A stretch of 64,000 bases of DNA from Acidobacteriota bacterium (GTDB taxonomy: Bacteria; Acidobacteriota; Polarisedimenticolia; SMYD01). The stretch is taken from positions 69,900 through 133,899 of the forward strand of contig JBHHYE010000001.1 of the NCBI GenBank assembly GCA_046757405.1. Reading direction: 5' to 3'. Below are positions 9,439 to 18,189 of this stretch, one piece after another. The translations under genes were made by a program, and so were the position numbers. The notes under the pieces are model-generated. The model was not told the origin of the DNA and searched no databases. It saw only the letters and a program-made list of their open reading frames with translations. Numbering within the stretch: the first letter of the stretch is position 1; each line of letters opens with the position of its first letter.

Positions 9439-10440
9439 TCATGCTGGAGCGCCAGGCGTCAGTCCTTTCGCCTTCAGCCAGCCGGCGTTGTAAACCGTCG
9501 AAAGATACCGTGATCCGGTGTCGCAGAGATTGCACACGATGGTCTTTCCCCTTCCCCGGCCCTGGGCCCAACGGATGGCCCCGGCCACCGACAATCCAGA
9601 GGACGGGCCCACGAACAGGCCTTCTTCCCGCAGCAGGGCAAAGGACGCGCCGACGGCTTCCCGGTCCGAAATACGCAGGACATCATCCACGACCTGGCGA
9701 TCGAAGCACCGCGTCACCCGGCCGATGCCCACCCCCTCGACAATGGACGAGCCGGGAGCCTCCATTCGGTTTTCCTTGACAAACGAGTAGAGCACCGAGC
9801 CGCCGGGATCCGACACCACCATCTCGATACCGGAACGACGCTCCTTGAGAAAACGGCCCACTCCCGTCAGCGTTCCCCCTGTTCCACAACCCATGACCAC
9901 CGCATCCACTTTGCCCTCGGTCTGTTCCCAGATCTCAGGACCCGTGGTGGTGTAATGGGCCAGGATGTTATCCGGATTGTCAAACTGATTGGCCCAGATG
10001 GCATTCTCCAGATCGCCCGCCAGCCGCTCCGCCACATGGCTGTAATGGCCGGGATCTGAATAGGGCACCTTTGGCACGAGCCGCACCTCCGCTCCCAGGA
10101 GGCGAGCCAGAGTGATCTTTTCCGCGCTCATGGTCTCGGGAATGACCAGCAGGCAGCGATACTTGCGGGCGGCGGCCACCAGCGCCAGACCGATGCCGGT
10201 GTTCCCGGCCGTCCCCTCCACGATCGTCCCGCCGGGCCGCAGCTCGCCCCGCTTCTCGGCCTGCTCCACCATGGTCCGCGCCGGGCGATCCTTCACGGAA
10301 CCCGTGGGGTTCAAGAACTCACACTTGCCGTAAAGGCGTGCTCCGGCACGCTCCGAGATGGCAGGAAGGAAAACCAGCGGTGTGCCGCCCACCAGGGCGA
10401 CGGCTCCATCATGCGCGGCGCGGGAGGTCATGGCGGACAT
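9439..10440 (-). CDS. cysK: Cysteine synthase (O-acetylserine sulfhydrylase), PLP-dependent
   Basis: PTGSVKDRPA, the GNTGIGLA glycine loop and the full fold-type II PLP enzyme core. The start may be the Met at 10431. Confidence 0.9.
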   Translation of the reverse strand: MSAMTSRAAHDGAVALVGGTPLVFLPAISERAGARLYGKCEFLNPTGSVKDRPARTMVEQAEKRGELRPGGTIVEGTAGNTGIGLALVAAARKYRCLLVIPETMSAEKITLARLLGAEVRLVPKVPYSDPGHYSHVAERLAGDLENAIWANQFDNPDNILAHYTTTGPEIWEQTEGKVDAVVMGCGTGGTLTGVGRFLKERRSGIEMVVSDPGGSVLYSFVKENRMEAPGSSIVEGVGIGRVTRCFDRQVVDDVLRISDREAVGASFALLREEGLFVGPSSGLSVAGAIRWAQGRGRGKTIVCNLCDTGSRYLSTVYNAGWLKAKGLTPGAPA

Positions 10441-10458
10441 TCTTTCTCACTCGAGTCA

Positions 10459-10568
10459 CGGGAACCGGCCAGCCCATTGTACCGGGGCGCGCCGCCGTTG
10501 CAAGCCGGCGCCCTGTGAATGGTGTCATTCGCCGCTTCGGGCCGCCCTGAACCCACCCCCGCCTGACT
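10459..10568 (+). repeat. Copy 1 of a ~110-bp conserved intergenic element (upstream of cysK, antisense orientation to it)
   Basis: Aligned by eye to 12663..12772: about 10 mismatches and 1 indel over 110 bp (~90%). Contains the palindromic hexamer TTGCAA and an imperfect inverted repeat GTACCGG...CCGGCGC. Confidence 0.75.
10476..10503 (-). promoter_or_regulatory. Putative sigma70-type promoter for cysK inside repeat copy 1 (TTGCAA-N16-TACAAT on the minus strand)
   Basis: Minus strand reads TTGCAA cggcggcgcgccccgg TACAAT, about 35 nt upstream of the cysK ATG. Sequence-only prediction. Confidence 0.35.
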
Positions 10569-11065
10569 CACCGTCTCGCCCGGGAGGGTGAGCACCGACA
10601 TCCACGTACTGGCCTGGGTCATGATGCTGGCGTGCGTGGCAGAGAGCACTCCTTCCCGGCGGCAGCGGCTATGCGTCATCTGACCAAGCATGCGGTGAAA
10701 GCCCCACGATTCTCGCGCCCTGCGGTGTGAAGGATCCGCACCAGAGCGTCCTGGCGAGCAAGCTGATCATGGCACGCAGCTTGCGTGGAGTGATCCCCAC
10801 CTGATGCCGCTGTGGCAATCGGGGGTGAAGAGCGGGGGGGCATCCATCCAGTGTCCGCGTCCAAGACGAACACCACTGGCACACCGGCAGGCGATCCGGC
10901 GCCCAGCACGCCGGATCCGAACGGTTTGCTCTTGCAGGCCGGCCGCTTCATGCGGCCGAAAGAGTGGTCCCCCTCCTGCTTCAAGAGAATTCAGCCTCGA
11001 GCAGGGACTTGCCGGAGGGCCGGGACGCTCGAGGGACCGCCATGGATTGGAAGGAGAACAAGGTG

Positions 11066-12346
11066 ATGACACAACGGCTCGTTCATACAGCGATATGGGT
11101 TGGAGGGCTTGGTGCGATTCTGGCAGGGTTCGGCTTCCTTCCGGACGCGCAGGCGATGCCGAATTTTGCCAGGCAGTACGAGGTGGCCTGCTCGGTCTGT
11201 CATACGATTGTTCCCCGCTTGAACAAGACAGGGTACGATTTCCGGCGGGCTGGGTTCCGGATGCCCGACGAGATCGGGAACATCCGGGATTTCGAGACAG
11301 AGCGGGGCACAGCGGCGTTCAAGGTCGCCAACTACTTCAGTGCGAGGCTTCAAGCGAATCTGTCCTGGCTCAATCGAGATCACACAAATAGCATCGGCGC
11401 TTATGATCCGAATGGCGGAACGACGAACCTCAACAACATCGAATTCAAGGAATTCACGCTCTATCCCTTGACCGGCGGTTTCCTGGGGAACTGGGCCGCA
11501 GAGAGCGAGATCAGCGGGGGCACCGACGAAATCGAGGTGGAAAACGCTTATGTCCGCTACGATGCGGGGGATTCGGACCTGTACTGGCAGGCGCGATTGG
11601 GGGTTTTCCATCCCTTCGAGGGGTATGGCGCGTCGGATCGTCCAATCTCGATCACCCGTCCCTTGATCCAGACCGCCGGTACCGTCACCGCGAGCGGAGA
11701 ACAGAACGGATGGCATCCCTGGGGCTTCGATCAGGCCGGGATCGAGGGTGGATTCGCCCTGGGCGGCACTTCCCTCTCCGTGGCGGTTTTCAACGGCCTG
11801 ATAGAGAACGCGGGGGATCCAGCTCAGGGAGGAAAATTGAAGAAAGCAGCCGGCAGTCCCAGCGAAAGCGACAAGGATTATCAACTGTTCTTCAACCAGT
11901 TCTTCGGGGAATCAGAAGCCGCAATTTCCGCGTACTATTACGAAGGCCGCATCTCGCTCGGGGACCCGATGTTGTTCAAGAACCGGTTCCGCCGGGCCGC
12001 GCTCTATGGCTCACTCCCCTTGGGAAAGGCGAACTTGCTCGGCGCGTATAGCTGGGGAGAAGACCGGGATGCCCTGACCCGAACCACCGCGGAAAATGAC
12101 GGCTGGTTCTTCGAGGTGGACGGATATCTCTCTGAAACCTTGGGCATTGGGGCCCGCTACGAACAGTTCGACCCATCGGATCTGATCGACAACAACGATA
12201 TCACTGCCGTGTCGGTGTTTCTGAACATGCCCGCCAACAACGGCCTCCAGTGGATTGCCGAGTACAAGCACAAGACGACCGAGCATCCAGCGGGCCCGGA
12301 TCAAGACGAAGACAGTGTGAACATTCGAACGATCTTCATCTGGTAG
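11066..12346 (+). CDS. Cyc2-like outer-membrane monoheme c-type cytochrome fused to a beta-barrel porin (candidate)
   Basis: Signal peptide MTQRLVHTAIWVGGLGAILAGFGFLPDAQA, then a single CXXCH (ARQYEVACSVCHTIVPRLNKTGYDFRRAGF) near the mature N-terminus. About 400 aa of alternating beta-strand-like sequence follows, ending ...NIRTIFIW (aromatic C-terminus typical of OM barrels). AAGGAG RBS at 11051-11056. Alternative upstream ATGs at 10964 and 11042. Confidence 0.5.
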   Translation: MTQRLVHTAIWVGGLGAILAGFGFLPDAQAMPNFARQYEVACSVCHTIVPRLNKTGYDFRRAGFRMPDEIGNIRDFETERGTAAFKVANYFSARLQANLSWLNRDHTNSIGAYDPNGGTTNLNNIEFKEFTLYPLTGGFLGNWAAESEISGGTDEIEVENAYVRYDAGDSDLYWQARLGVFHPFEGYGASDRPISITRPLIQTAGTVTASGEQNGWHPWGFDQAGIEGGFALGGTSLSVAVFNGLIENAGDPAQGGKLKKAAGSPSESDKDYQLFFNQFFGESEAAISAYYYEGRISLGDPMLFKNRFRRAALYGSLPLGKANLLGAYSWGEDRDALTRTTAENDGWFFEVDGYLSETLGIGARYEQFDPSDLIDNNDITAVSVFLNMPANNGLQWIAEYKHKTTEHPAGPDQDEDSVNIRTIFIW

Positions 12347-12662
12347 GTTCGGGCGGCCTTCCGGCTCGTCGCGAATCTCGCTCGCTGCGGCCAAGCCCTG
12401 GCGATGGCGGCGATCCGCCGGTCGGGATGAAGCGGTCGCACGTTGCTGAATCGTGCGCAGCGGCCGGACGTTGACGGCCCTGGGGAGGACTCCGTCGCCC
12501 ACCTTCGCCTGGAAATCGCTCCGCGATTCCCACAGCGATCCCGGGCTCTGCGACTGGAACATCCTCAAGGAGAAAGAAAAACTCGAGAGAGGAGCCCAGT
12601 GCGCTTGTAGCACACGCCGGGATCAGAGCGGGAGGTCACCGCGGATATTTCTTCTTCGGCAG

Positions 12663-12772
12663 CGGGAACCGGCCAACCCATTGTGCCGGGACGCGCCGCC
12701 GTTGCAAGCCGGCACCCTGTGAATGTTATAATTTGCCGCTTCGGGCTGCCCCTGAACCCACCCTCGCCTGAC
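12663..12772 (+). repeat. Copy 2 of the ~110-bp conserved intergenic element (upstream of lpdA, sense orientation)
   Basis: See copy 1. Direct (same-orientation) repeat lying 2.1 kb downstream of copy 1. Confidence 0.75.
12702..12732 (+). promoter_or_regulatory. Putative sigma70-type promoter for the lpdA operon inside repeat copy 2 (TTGCAA-N19-TGtTATAAT, extended -10)
   Basis: TTGCAA at 12702-12707, TGtTATAAT at 12724-12732, about 95 nt upstream of the TTG start of lpdA. In copy 1 the equivalent + strand -10 is degenerate (TGTCAT). Confidence 0.4.
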
Positions 12773-12831
12773 CCCGGGCCCGCCTCGAGAGCACGCTGGA
12801 GCGAGACACAGGCCGGAGCAAGGAGAACAAC

Positions 12832-14262
12832 TTGGCCGCGGAAACAACAGAGTATGACGTCACCGTCATCGGGAGCGGCCCGGGGGGATACGTGGCTGCC
12901 ATCCGGGCTGCCCAGCTGGGGTTGAAGACAGCCCTGGTGGAGAAAGATCCCCTTCTGGGGGGCACCTGCCTGCACCGGGGCTGCATTCCCACCAAAGCGT
13001 TGCTGGAGGCGGCCCACATCCTCGACCTGGCCCGCAGCGCCGGAGAATTCGGCATCCGGGCCCGCGACGTCGGCTTCGACTGGCGCTTGGTGCAGAAACG
13101 AAAGCAGGCTGTGGTCGATGGCCAGGCCCGCGGACTGGCCTTCCTGATGAAAAAGAACGCGATCCGCGTGTTCCAGGGAACCGGGTGCCTGGAGGCTCCC
13201 CGGCAGGTGGCGATCACCAGCCCGAGCGGAAAAAAAACGATCCTCTCCACCGCTCACATCATTCTCGCCACCGGATCCCGGCCGCGGGCTTTGCCGCACA
13301 TCGCGCGGGACGGCACCGCCATTCTCGATTCCGACGATATCCTCGCCCTGGACCGGATTCCTTCCTCGCTGCTCATCCTCGGTGCGGGAGCGGTGGGGAT
13401 GGAGTTTGCGTCGATCTACAGCCGCTTCGGAGCCGAGTGCACGGTCATCGAGCTCCTGGAGCGGGCCCTGCCGATCGAGGACCAGGAGATCAGCCAGGAG
13501 ATCGAGAAGGCGTTCCGCAAGCGCAAGGTGCGGATCCTCACGGGTCACAAGGCGGAAAACGTGCGCCGCGAGGGCGGCGGCGTTCACCTGCGCGCGGTCC
13601 CCTCCGGGGAGAAAGGCGCCCCGCAGGAGCTCTCGGCCCAGATGTTGCTGGTGGCGGTGGGACGCTCTCCGGTGACCGAGGGACTGGGACTGGAGCGTCT
13701 GGGTCTCCCGACCCACCAGGGGTACGTGCCGGTGGACGATCATCTGCGCACCAGCGCCGAAGGGATATTCGCCATCGGCGATATCATCCGGATCGAGGGC
13801 CGGCACCATCCCATGCTGGCGCACCTGGCCAGTCACGAAGGCATGGTCGCCGCGGAGACCATCGCCGGCGTCCCCACGCGTCCCATCCACTACGATCGAG
13901 TGCCTTCCGTCACCTACTGCGATCCCGAGGTGGCCAGTGTCGGCCTCACCGAGTCCGAGGCCCGCCGCCGGGGGCATCCGGTCAAGACCGCCCGGTTCCC
14001 CGTGACGCCGGTGGCCCGAGCGCGGATTGCCGGCGCCACCCAGGGGTTCGTCAAGATCGTCGCGGATGCGCGCTACGACGAGGTGCTGGGCGTTCACATG
14101 ATCGGCCTGCGGGCAACCGAGCTCATTGCCGAGGCCTGCGCCGCCCTCAACCTGGAGGCCACCAGCGAGGAACTGGCGCGCACCATCCACGCACATCCGA
14201 CCCTCTCCGAGGCGGTCGGCGAGGCAGCACACGGTGTCCACGGTCCCTTCATCCACATCTGA
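12832..14262 (+). CDS. lpdA: Dihydrolipoyl dehydrogenase (E3)
   Basis: FAD-binding GSGPGGYVAAIRAAQLG, redox-active disulfide GGTCLHRGCIPTK, NAD-binding GAGAVGME and the C-terminal HAHPTLSE interface motif. TTG start with AAGGAGA RBS at 12822-12828. Confidence 0.9.
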   Translation: MAAETTEYDVTVIGSGPGGYVAAIRAAQLGLKTALVEKDPLLGGTCLHRGCIPTKALLEAAHILDLARSAGEFGIRARDVGFDWRLVQKRKQAVVDGQARGLAFLMKKNAIRVFQGTGCLEAPRQVAITSPSGKKTILSTAHIILATGSRPRALPHIARDGTAILDSDDILALDRIPSSLLILGAGAVGMEFASIYSRFGAECTVIELLERALPIEDQEISQEIEKAFRKRKVRILTGHKAENVRREGGGVHLRAVPSGEKGAPQELSAQMLLVAVGRSPVTEGLGLERLGLPTHQGYVPVDDHLRTSAEGIFAIGDIIRIEGRHHPMLAHLASHEGMVAAETIAGVPTRPIHYDRVPSVTYCDPEVASVGLTESEARRRGHPVKTARFPVTPVARARIAGATQGFVKIVADARYDEVLGVHMIGLRATELIAEACAALNLEATSEELARTIHAHPTLSEAVGEAAHGVHGPFIHI

Positions 14263-15244
14263 AGAGGTGGCCCGGCTGCTGGGCCCGGCGCGCCTCCTGG
14301 AACTGTGGCGGCTGATGCTCCTGAACCGCCGGCTGGAGGAGCGCCTTTCCACCCTCTACCGGCAGGGGCGCATCGTCGGGGGCCTCTTCCGCTCCCTGGG
14401 GCAGGAAGCCATCTCGGTGGGCGCCGCCGCCGCCCTGGAGCGGCGGCGCGGCGACCTTCTCGCCCCCATGATCCGGAATCTGGGTGCCCTCCTGGTCTTC
14501 GGCTGTCCGCCCCGGGAGATCTTGACCCAGTACATGGCCCGGGCCACCAGCCCCACGCGGGGCAAGGATAACGTGGTTCATTTCGGCAGTGTCGAGAGGG
14601 GCTTCATCGGCCCCATCTCGCACCTGGGAACCCTGGTACCGGTCATGGCCGGCATGGGTCTCGCGGGCAAGATGCAGGGACGTCCCCTCGTCACCCTGAC
14701 CTGGATCGGCGATGGCGGCAGCTCGACCGGGGACTTTCACGAAGGGATGAACTTCGCCGCCGTCACCTCCGCACCCCTGGTGGTGATCCTGGAGAACAAC
14801 GGCTACGCCTACTCCACGCCCGTCAGCCAGCAGACCGCCGTCAAGCATCTGGCCGACAAGGCGGCCGCGTATGGCATCCCCGCTGAAACCATCGACGGGA
14901 ACGACGTGCTGGCCGTTTACGAGGCCACCCACCGGGCCGCCGCCCGGGCCCGCGCCGGCCTGGGTCCCAGCCTCCTCGAAGCGATCACGTTCCGCATGGC
15001 CGGCCACGCCGAGCACGACGACGCCGCCTATGTCCCCCGCGCCCTCAAGCAGAGCTGGGAGGCCCGGGACCCGCTGCTTCTCTACCAGCGCTTCCTGGTG
15101 GAAAACCGCCTGGCCACCGAGGAACAGCTGGACCAGGCCGATGCCCCGATCCGATCCGGCCTGGATGAAGACGTGGCCTTTGCCGAGAACAGCCCCATGC
15201 CCCGGGGAGCCACCGCCCTGACCGGCGTCTACGCAGAGAGCTGA
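14234..15244 (+). CDS. 2-oxo acid dehydrogenase E1 component alpha subunit (TPP-dependent; PDH/BCKDH/acetoin type)
   Basis: TPP-binding IGDGGSSTGDFHEGMNFAAVTSAPLVVILENNGYAYSTP, and RMAGHAEHDD. The start is uncertain: the ORF track opens at 14126 inside lpdA, and the GTG at 14234 would overlap the lpdA end by 29 nt. Confidence 0.8.
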   Translation: MSTVPSSTSEEVARLLGPARLLELWRLMLLNRRLEERLSTLYRQGRIVGGLFRSLGQEAISVGAAAALERRRGDLLAPMIRNLGALLVFGCPPREILTQYMARATSPTRGKDNVVHFGSVERGFIGPISHLGTLVPVMAGMGLAGKMQGRPLVTLTWIGDGGSSTGDFHEGMNFAAVTSAPLVVILENNGYAYSTPVSQQTAVKHLADKAAAYGIPAETIDGNDVLAVYEATHRAAARARAGLGPSLLEAITFRMAGHAEHDDAAYVPRALKQSWEARDPLLLYQRFLVENRLATEEQLDQADAPIRSGLDEDVAFAENSPMPRGATALTGVYAES

Positions 15245-15246
15245 GC

Positions 15247-16221
15247 ATGCCCGAGACCACCTACCTGGAAGCCATCCGCCAGGGTATCTGGGAGGAGATG
15301 GAATCAGACCAGCGGGTCTTCCTGCTCGGGGAGGACGTGGGGAAGTACGGGGGAGCGTTCAAGGTCACCTGGGGAATGCTGGACGCTTTCGGTCCCGACC
15401 GGGTCATCGACACGCCCATTTCCGAATCCGCCATCGTCGGCGCCGCCATCGGCGCCGCCATGATGGGCCTGCGGCCGGTGGCCGAGATGCAGTTCATCGA
15501 TTTCATTGCCTGCGCCTTCAACATGATCACCAACTTCGCCGCCAAGCAACGCTACCGGTGCGGCATGGGAGTCCCCATGGTCGTGCGCGGCCCCGCGGGA
15601 GGGGGCGTGCACGCGGGACCGTTCCATTCCGGCAATCCGGAGTCGTATTTCGTTCACACTCCCGGTCTCAAGATCGTCCAGCCCTCCACCGCCTATGACG
15701 CCAAGGGGCTGATCAAGGCGGCGATTCGCGACCCGGATCCCGTCCTCTACTTCGAACACAAGTTCCTCTACCGGCGCATCAAGGAGAACTTGCCCGAGGA
15801 GGACTACGTGGTGCCCATCGGCAAGGCCGTGCGCCGCCGCCAGGGGGGCGACCTGGCGATTCTGACCTACGGCGCCATGGTCCACACGGCTCTGGAGGCG
15901 GCCAACCGCCTGGCCGGAGATGGCGTGGAGACCGAGGTTCTCGATCTGCGCACTCTCCTGCCCCTGGATCGCGAGGCCATTCTCGAGAGCGCCACGCGGA
16001 GCGGCAAGGTGATCGTGCTCCACGAGGCCACGCGAACCGGCGGGCTGGGGGGCGAGGTGGCGGCCATCATCGCGGAGGAGGCTTTCGATTCTCTGGACGG
16101 TCCCATTGTCCGGATCACCGCGCCGGACACGCCGGTGCCTTACAGCCCGCCCCTGGAGACCTTTTTTCTCCCGAGCGTGGACAAGGTTCTGGACGCGGCC
16201 CGCAAACTGATCGCATACTGA
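15247..16221 (+). CDS. 2-oxo acid dehydrogenase E1 component beta subunit
   Basis: Transketolase-like pyrimidine-binding domain (LGEDVGKYGGAFKVTWGMLDAFGPDRVIDTPISESAIVGAAIGAAMMGLRPV) and C-terminal domain. Confidence 0.9.
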   Translation: MPETTYLEAIRQGIWEEMESDQRVFLLGEDVGKYGGAFKVTWGMLDAFGPDRVIDTPISESAIVGAAIGAAMMGLRPVAEMQFIDFIACAFNMITNFAAKQRYRCGMGVPMVVRGPAGGGVHAGPFHSGNPESYFVHTPGLKIVQPSTAYDAKGLIKAAIRDPDPVLYFEHKFLYRRIKENLPEEDYVVPIGKAVRRRQGGDLAILTYGAMVHTALEAANRLAGDGVETEVLDLRTLLPLDREAILESATRSGKVIVLHEATRTGGLGGEVAAIIAEEAFDSLDGPIVRITAPDTPVPYSPPLETFFLPSVDKVLDAARKLIAY

Positions 16222-16230
16222 GGGAGACCC

Positions 16231-17481
16231 ATGACCACCAATGTCATCATGCCACAGATGGGCGAGTCCATCGCCGAGGGAACCATCACAAAATGGCTGA
16301 AGAAGGTGGGCGAATCCGTGGAGAGGGACGAGCCGCTCTTCGAGATCTCCACCGACAAGGTGGATGCCGAGATCCCCTCCCCCGCCTCGGGCACGGTTCT
16401 GGAGATCCTGGCCCAGGAGGGGGAAACCGTCGAGGTCAACGCGGAGGTCGCCCGGATCGGAGAGGGCGTCCCCTCCGGCGAGAAGCCGCGCTCCTCCCCG
16501 CAGCCGGAGCCGCAGGCTCCGCCGATCCCGCCTGCCGCCCCGGCGGAAGAGCCGCGCGCCGGAACCGGCGGCAGCACGGGCCCGGCTCCGATCCGCTCCT
16601 CACCGGTGGTGCGGCGCATCGCCAGCGAACAAGGCGTTGACCTGGCCCAGGTGAAGGGCACCGGGATCGCGGGCCGGGTCACCAAAAAGGATATCCTGGC
16701 GTTCGTCGCCGCCCGGGGAGCCGCCCCGGCGCCTTCCGGAGACGAACCCCCGGTCTCGGGCCCCACGGCGCGGGATTTCCGGGGCGCCGGAGAGCTCCGA
16801 AAGCCGATGAGCGTCATGCGCAAGAAGATCGCCGAGCGCATGCTCCAGGCCAAGCGGGGAGCCGCTCATGTCCACACGGTCTTCGACGTCGACCTGACCG
16901 ATGTCGGGCGCCTGCGGGAGCTTCACAAGGACTCCTGGAAGAACCGCGAGGGACTCAAGCTGACCTGGCTTCCCTTCATCCAGCGCGCCGCCATCGAGTC
17001 CCTCAAGCGGTTTCCCCTCCTCAACGCTTCCATCGACGGCGATGACGTGGTCTATCACCGGGATGTGAACCTGGGTGTGGCCGTGGCCCTGGAATGGGGG
17101 CTCATCGTGCCGGTCATCCACCGGGCGGACGAGCTCTCCCTGCTGGGCCTGGCGCGGGCCACGGCCGACCTGGCGCGCCGGGCCCGGAGCAAGCAACTGA
17201 GCCCTGACGACGTGGCCGGGAACACCTTCTCCATCACCAACCCCGGCGCCTTCGGAGGCCGCTTCGGCACGCCGATCATTCCCCCGCCGACCGTGGCCAT
17301 CCTTGGGGTCGGTGTGGTCGAGAAGCGGCCCGTGGTGCGGTACGATGCCATCGCCATCCGCACCATGTGCACCTTTTCCCTGGGCTTCGACCACCGGCTC
17401 ATCGATGGAGCGTTCGCGGACCAGTTCATGGCCGATGTCCGGCACCGGCTGCAAGAGGCCCATTTCGAAGGCCTGGATTGA
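16231..17481 (+). CDS. Dihydrolipoamide acyltransferase (E2) with lipoyl, E3-binding and catalytic domains
   Basis: Lipoyl domain EISTDKVDAEIPSPASGTV (lipoyl-lysine), Pro/Ala linker, peripheral subunit-binding domain (SPVVRRIASEQGVDLAQVKGTGIAGRVTKKDI) and catalytic domain with DHRLIDGA. Confidence 0.9.
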   Translation: MTTNVIMPQMGESIAEGTITKWLKKVGESVERDEPLFEISTDKVDAEIPSPASGTVLEILAQEGETVEVNAEVARIGEGVPSGEKPRSSPQPEPQAPPIPPAAPAEEPRAGTGGSTGPAPIRSSPVVRRIASEQGVDLAQVKGTGIAGRVTKKDILAFVAARGAAPAPSGDEPPVSGPTARDFRGAGELRKPMSVMRKKIAERMLQAKRGAAHVHTVFDVDLTDVGRLRELHKDSWKNREGLKLTWLPFIQRAAIESLKRFPLLNASIDGDDVVYHRDVNLGVAVALEWGLIVPVIHRADELSLLGLARATADLARRARSKQLSPDDVAGNTFSITNPGAFGGRFGTPIIPPPTVAILGVGVVEKRPVVRYDAIAIRTMCTFSLGFDHRLIDGAFADQFMADVRHRLQEAHFEGLD

Positions 17482-17505
17482 CTCGGGACCTCCTCCCAGA
17501 CGACC

Positions 17506-18189
17506 ATGGGAAACGCTCTCGCCCTCTACCTGGTCCTGGTGCTCGGGGTGGTGCCGTTCGCGGCCTGGCGGGCCGCCTCCCAGGGCCTGATCCTCAACAT
17601 GCCCCGGAGCCTGCTGTATCGATCGGCCCTGCGGACCTCCTGGTTCCTGGCTCTCCTGGGGACAGCGGCTCTCTGGTGGGACCAGCGGTTGACCCCGCAA
17701 GAGATCGGCCTCACGGCTCGGGCGCCGCGGGCCCTCCTGATCGCCGGGGTGACAACCCTGGCGCTCCTGCTGGCCGGGCTTCTGGCGTTCTTCGCCGTGC
17801 GCCGCCTCCTGGGAGGAACCGAGTCGCCGCAGCTGCTTCACCTCATTCCGCGCAGCCGCGATGAGCGGCTGCTTTTCTCGGCGCTGGCACTGAGCGCCGG
17901 GATCACCGAGGAGCTGGTGTTCCACGGCATCGCCATCACCGCCTTGACCCGCATCTCCATCCTGTCCGGCCCCCACCGGCCCTGGGTGGCCGCCCTCCTG
18001 GTCTCGCTCCCGTTCGGGCTGGGGCACGGCTACCAGCAACTGGCCGGAGTCATCCGCGCCGGATTGCTGGGGTTCGGCCTGGCGGTGCCGTTCCTGCTCA
18101 CCGGCAGTCTGCTGCCCGGCATGTTCGCCCACGCCCTGATCGATCTCACCCTTCTGACAGCGCCGTGGCGGCGCCTGGCGCGCCCGTGA
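17506..18189 (+). CDS. CPBP-family intramembrane glutamic metalloprotease (CAAX protease / Abi-like)
   Basis: Polytopic membrane protein with EELVFHG (EExxxR/H motif) and FGLGH, the two CPBP signature motifs. Confidence 0.7.
   Translation: MGNALALYLVLVLGVVPFAAWRAASQGLILNMPRSLLYRSALRTSWFLALLGTAALWWDQRLTPQEIGLTARAPRALLIAGVTTLALLLAGLLAFFAVRRLLGGTESPQLLHLIPRSRDERLLFSALALSAGITEELVFHGIAITALTRISILSGPHRPWVAALLVSLPFGLGHGYQQLAGVIRAGLLGFGLAVPFLLTGSLLPGMFAHALIDLTLLTAPWRRLARP

Noticed and set aside
10428-10691. Minus-strand ORFs 10428..10691 and 12623..12847 sharing the peptide PEAANxxIHRxPACNGGAxRxNGLAGSR, which could be read as a duplicated small protein
   Set aside because: The shared peptide is simply the translation of the duplicated 110-bp intergenic element. 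Both ORFs overlap promoter regions and have no start or RBS support, so the repeat was interpreted as non-coding.
12347-12662. Possible small gene or structured RNA in the 316-bp gap downstream of the cyc2-like gene (contains palindrome AATCGCtccgCGATT)
   Set aside because: No ORF with an RBS or conserved motif. The hairpin lacks a U-tract. Insufficient evidence to call a terminator or sRNA.
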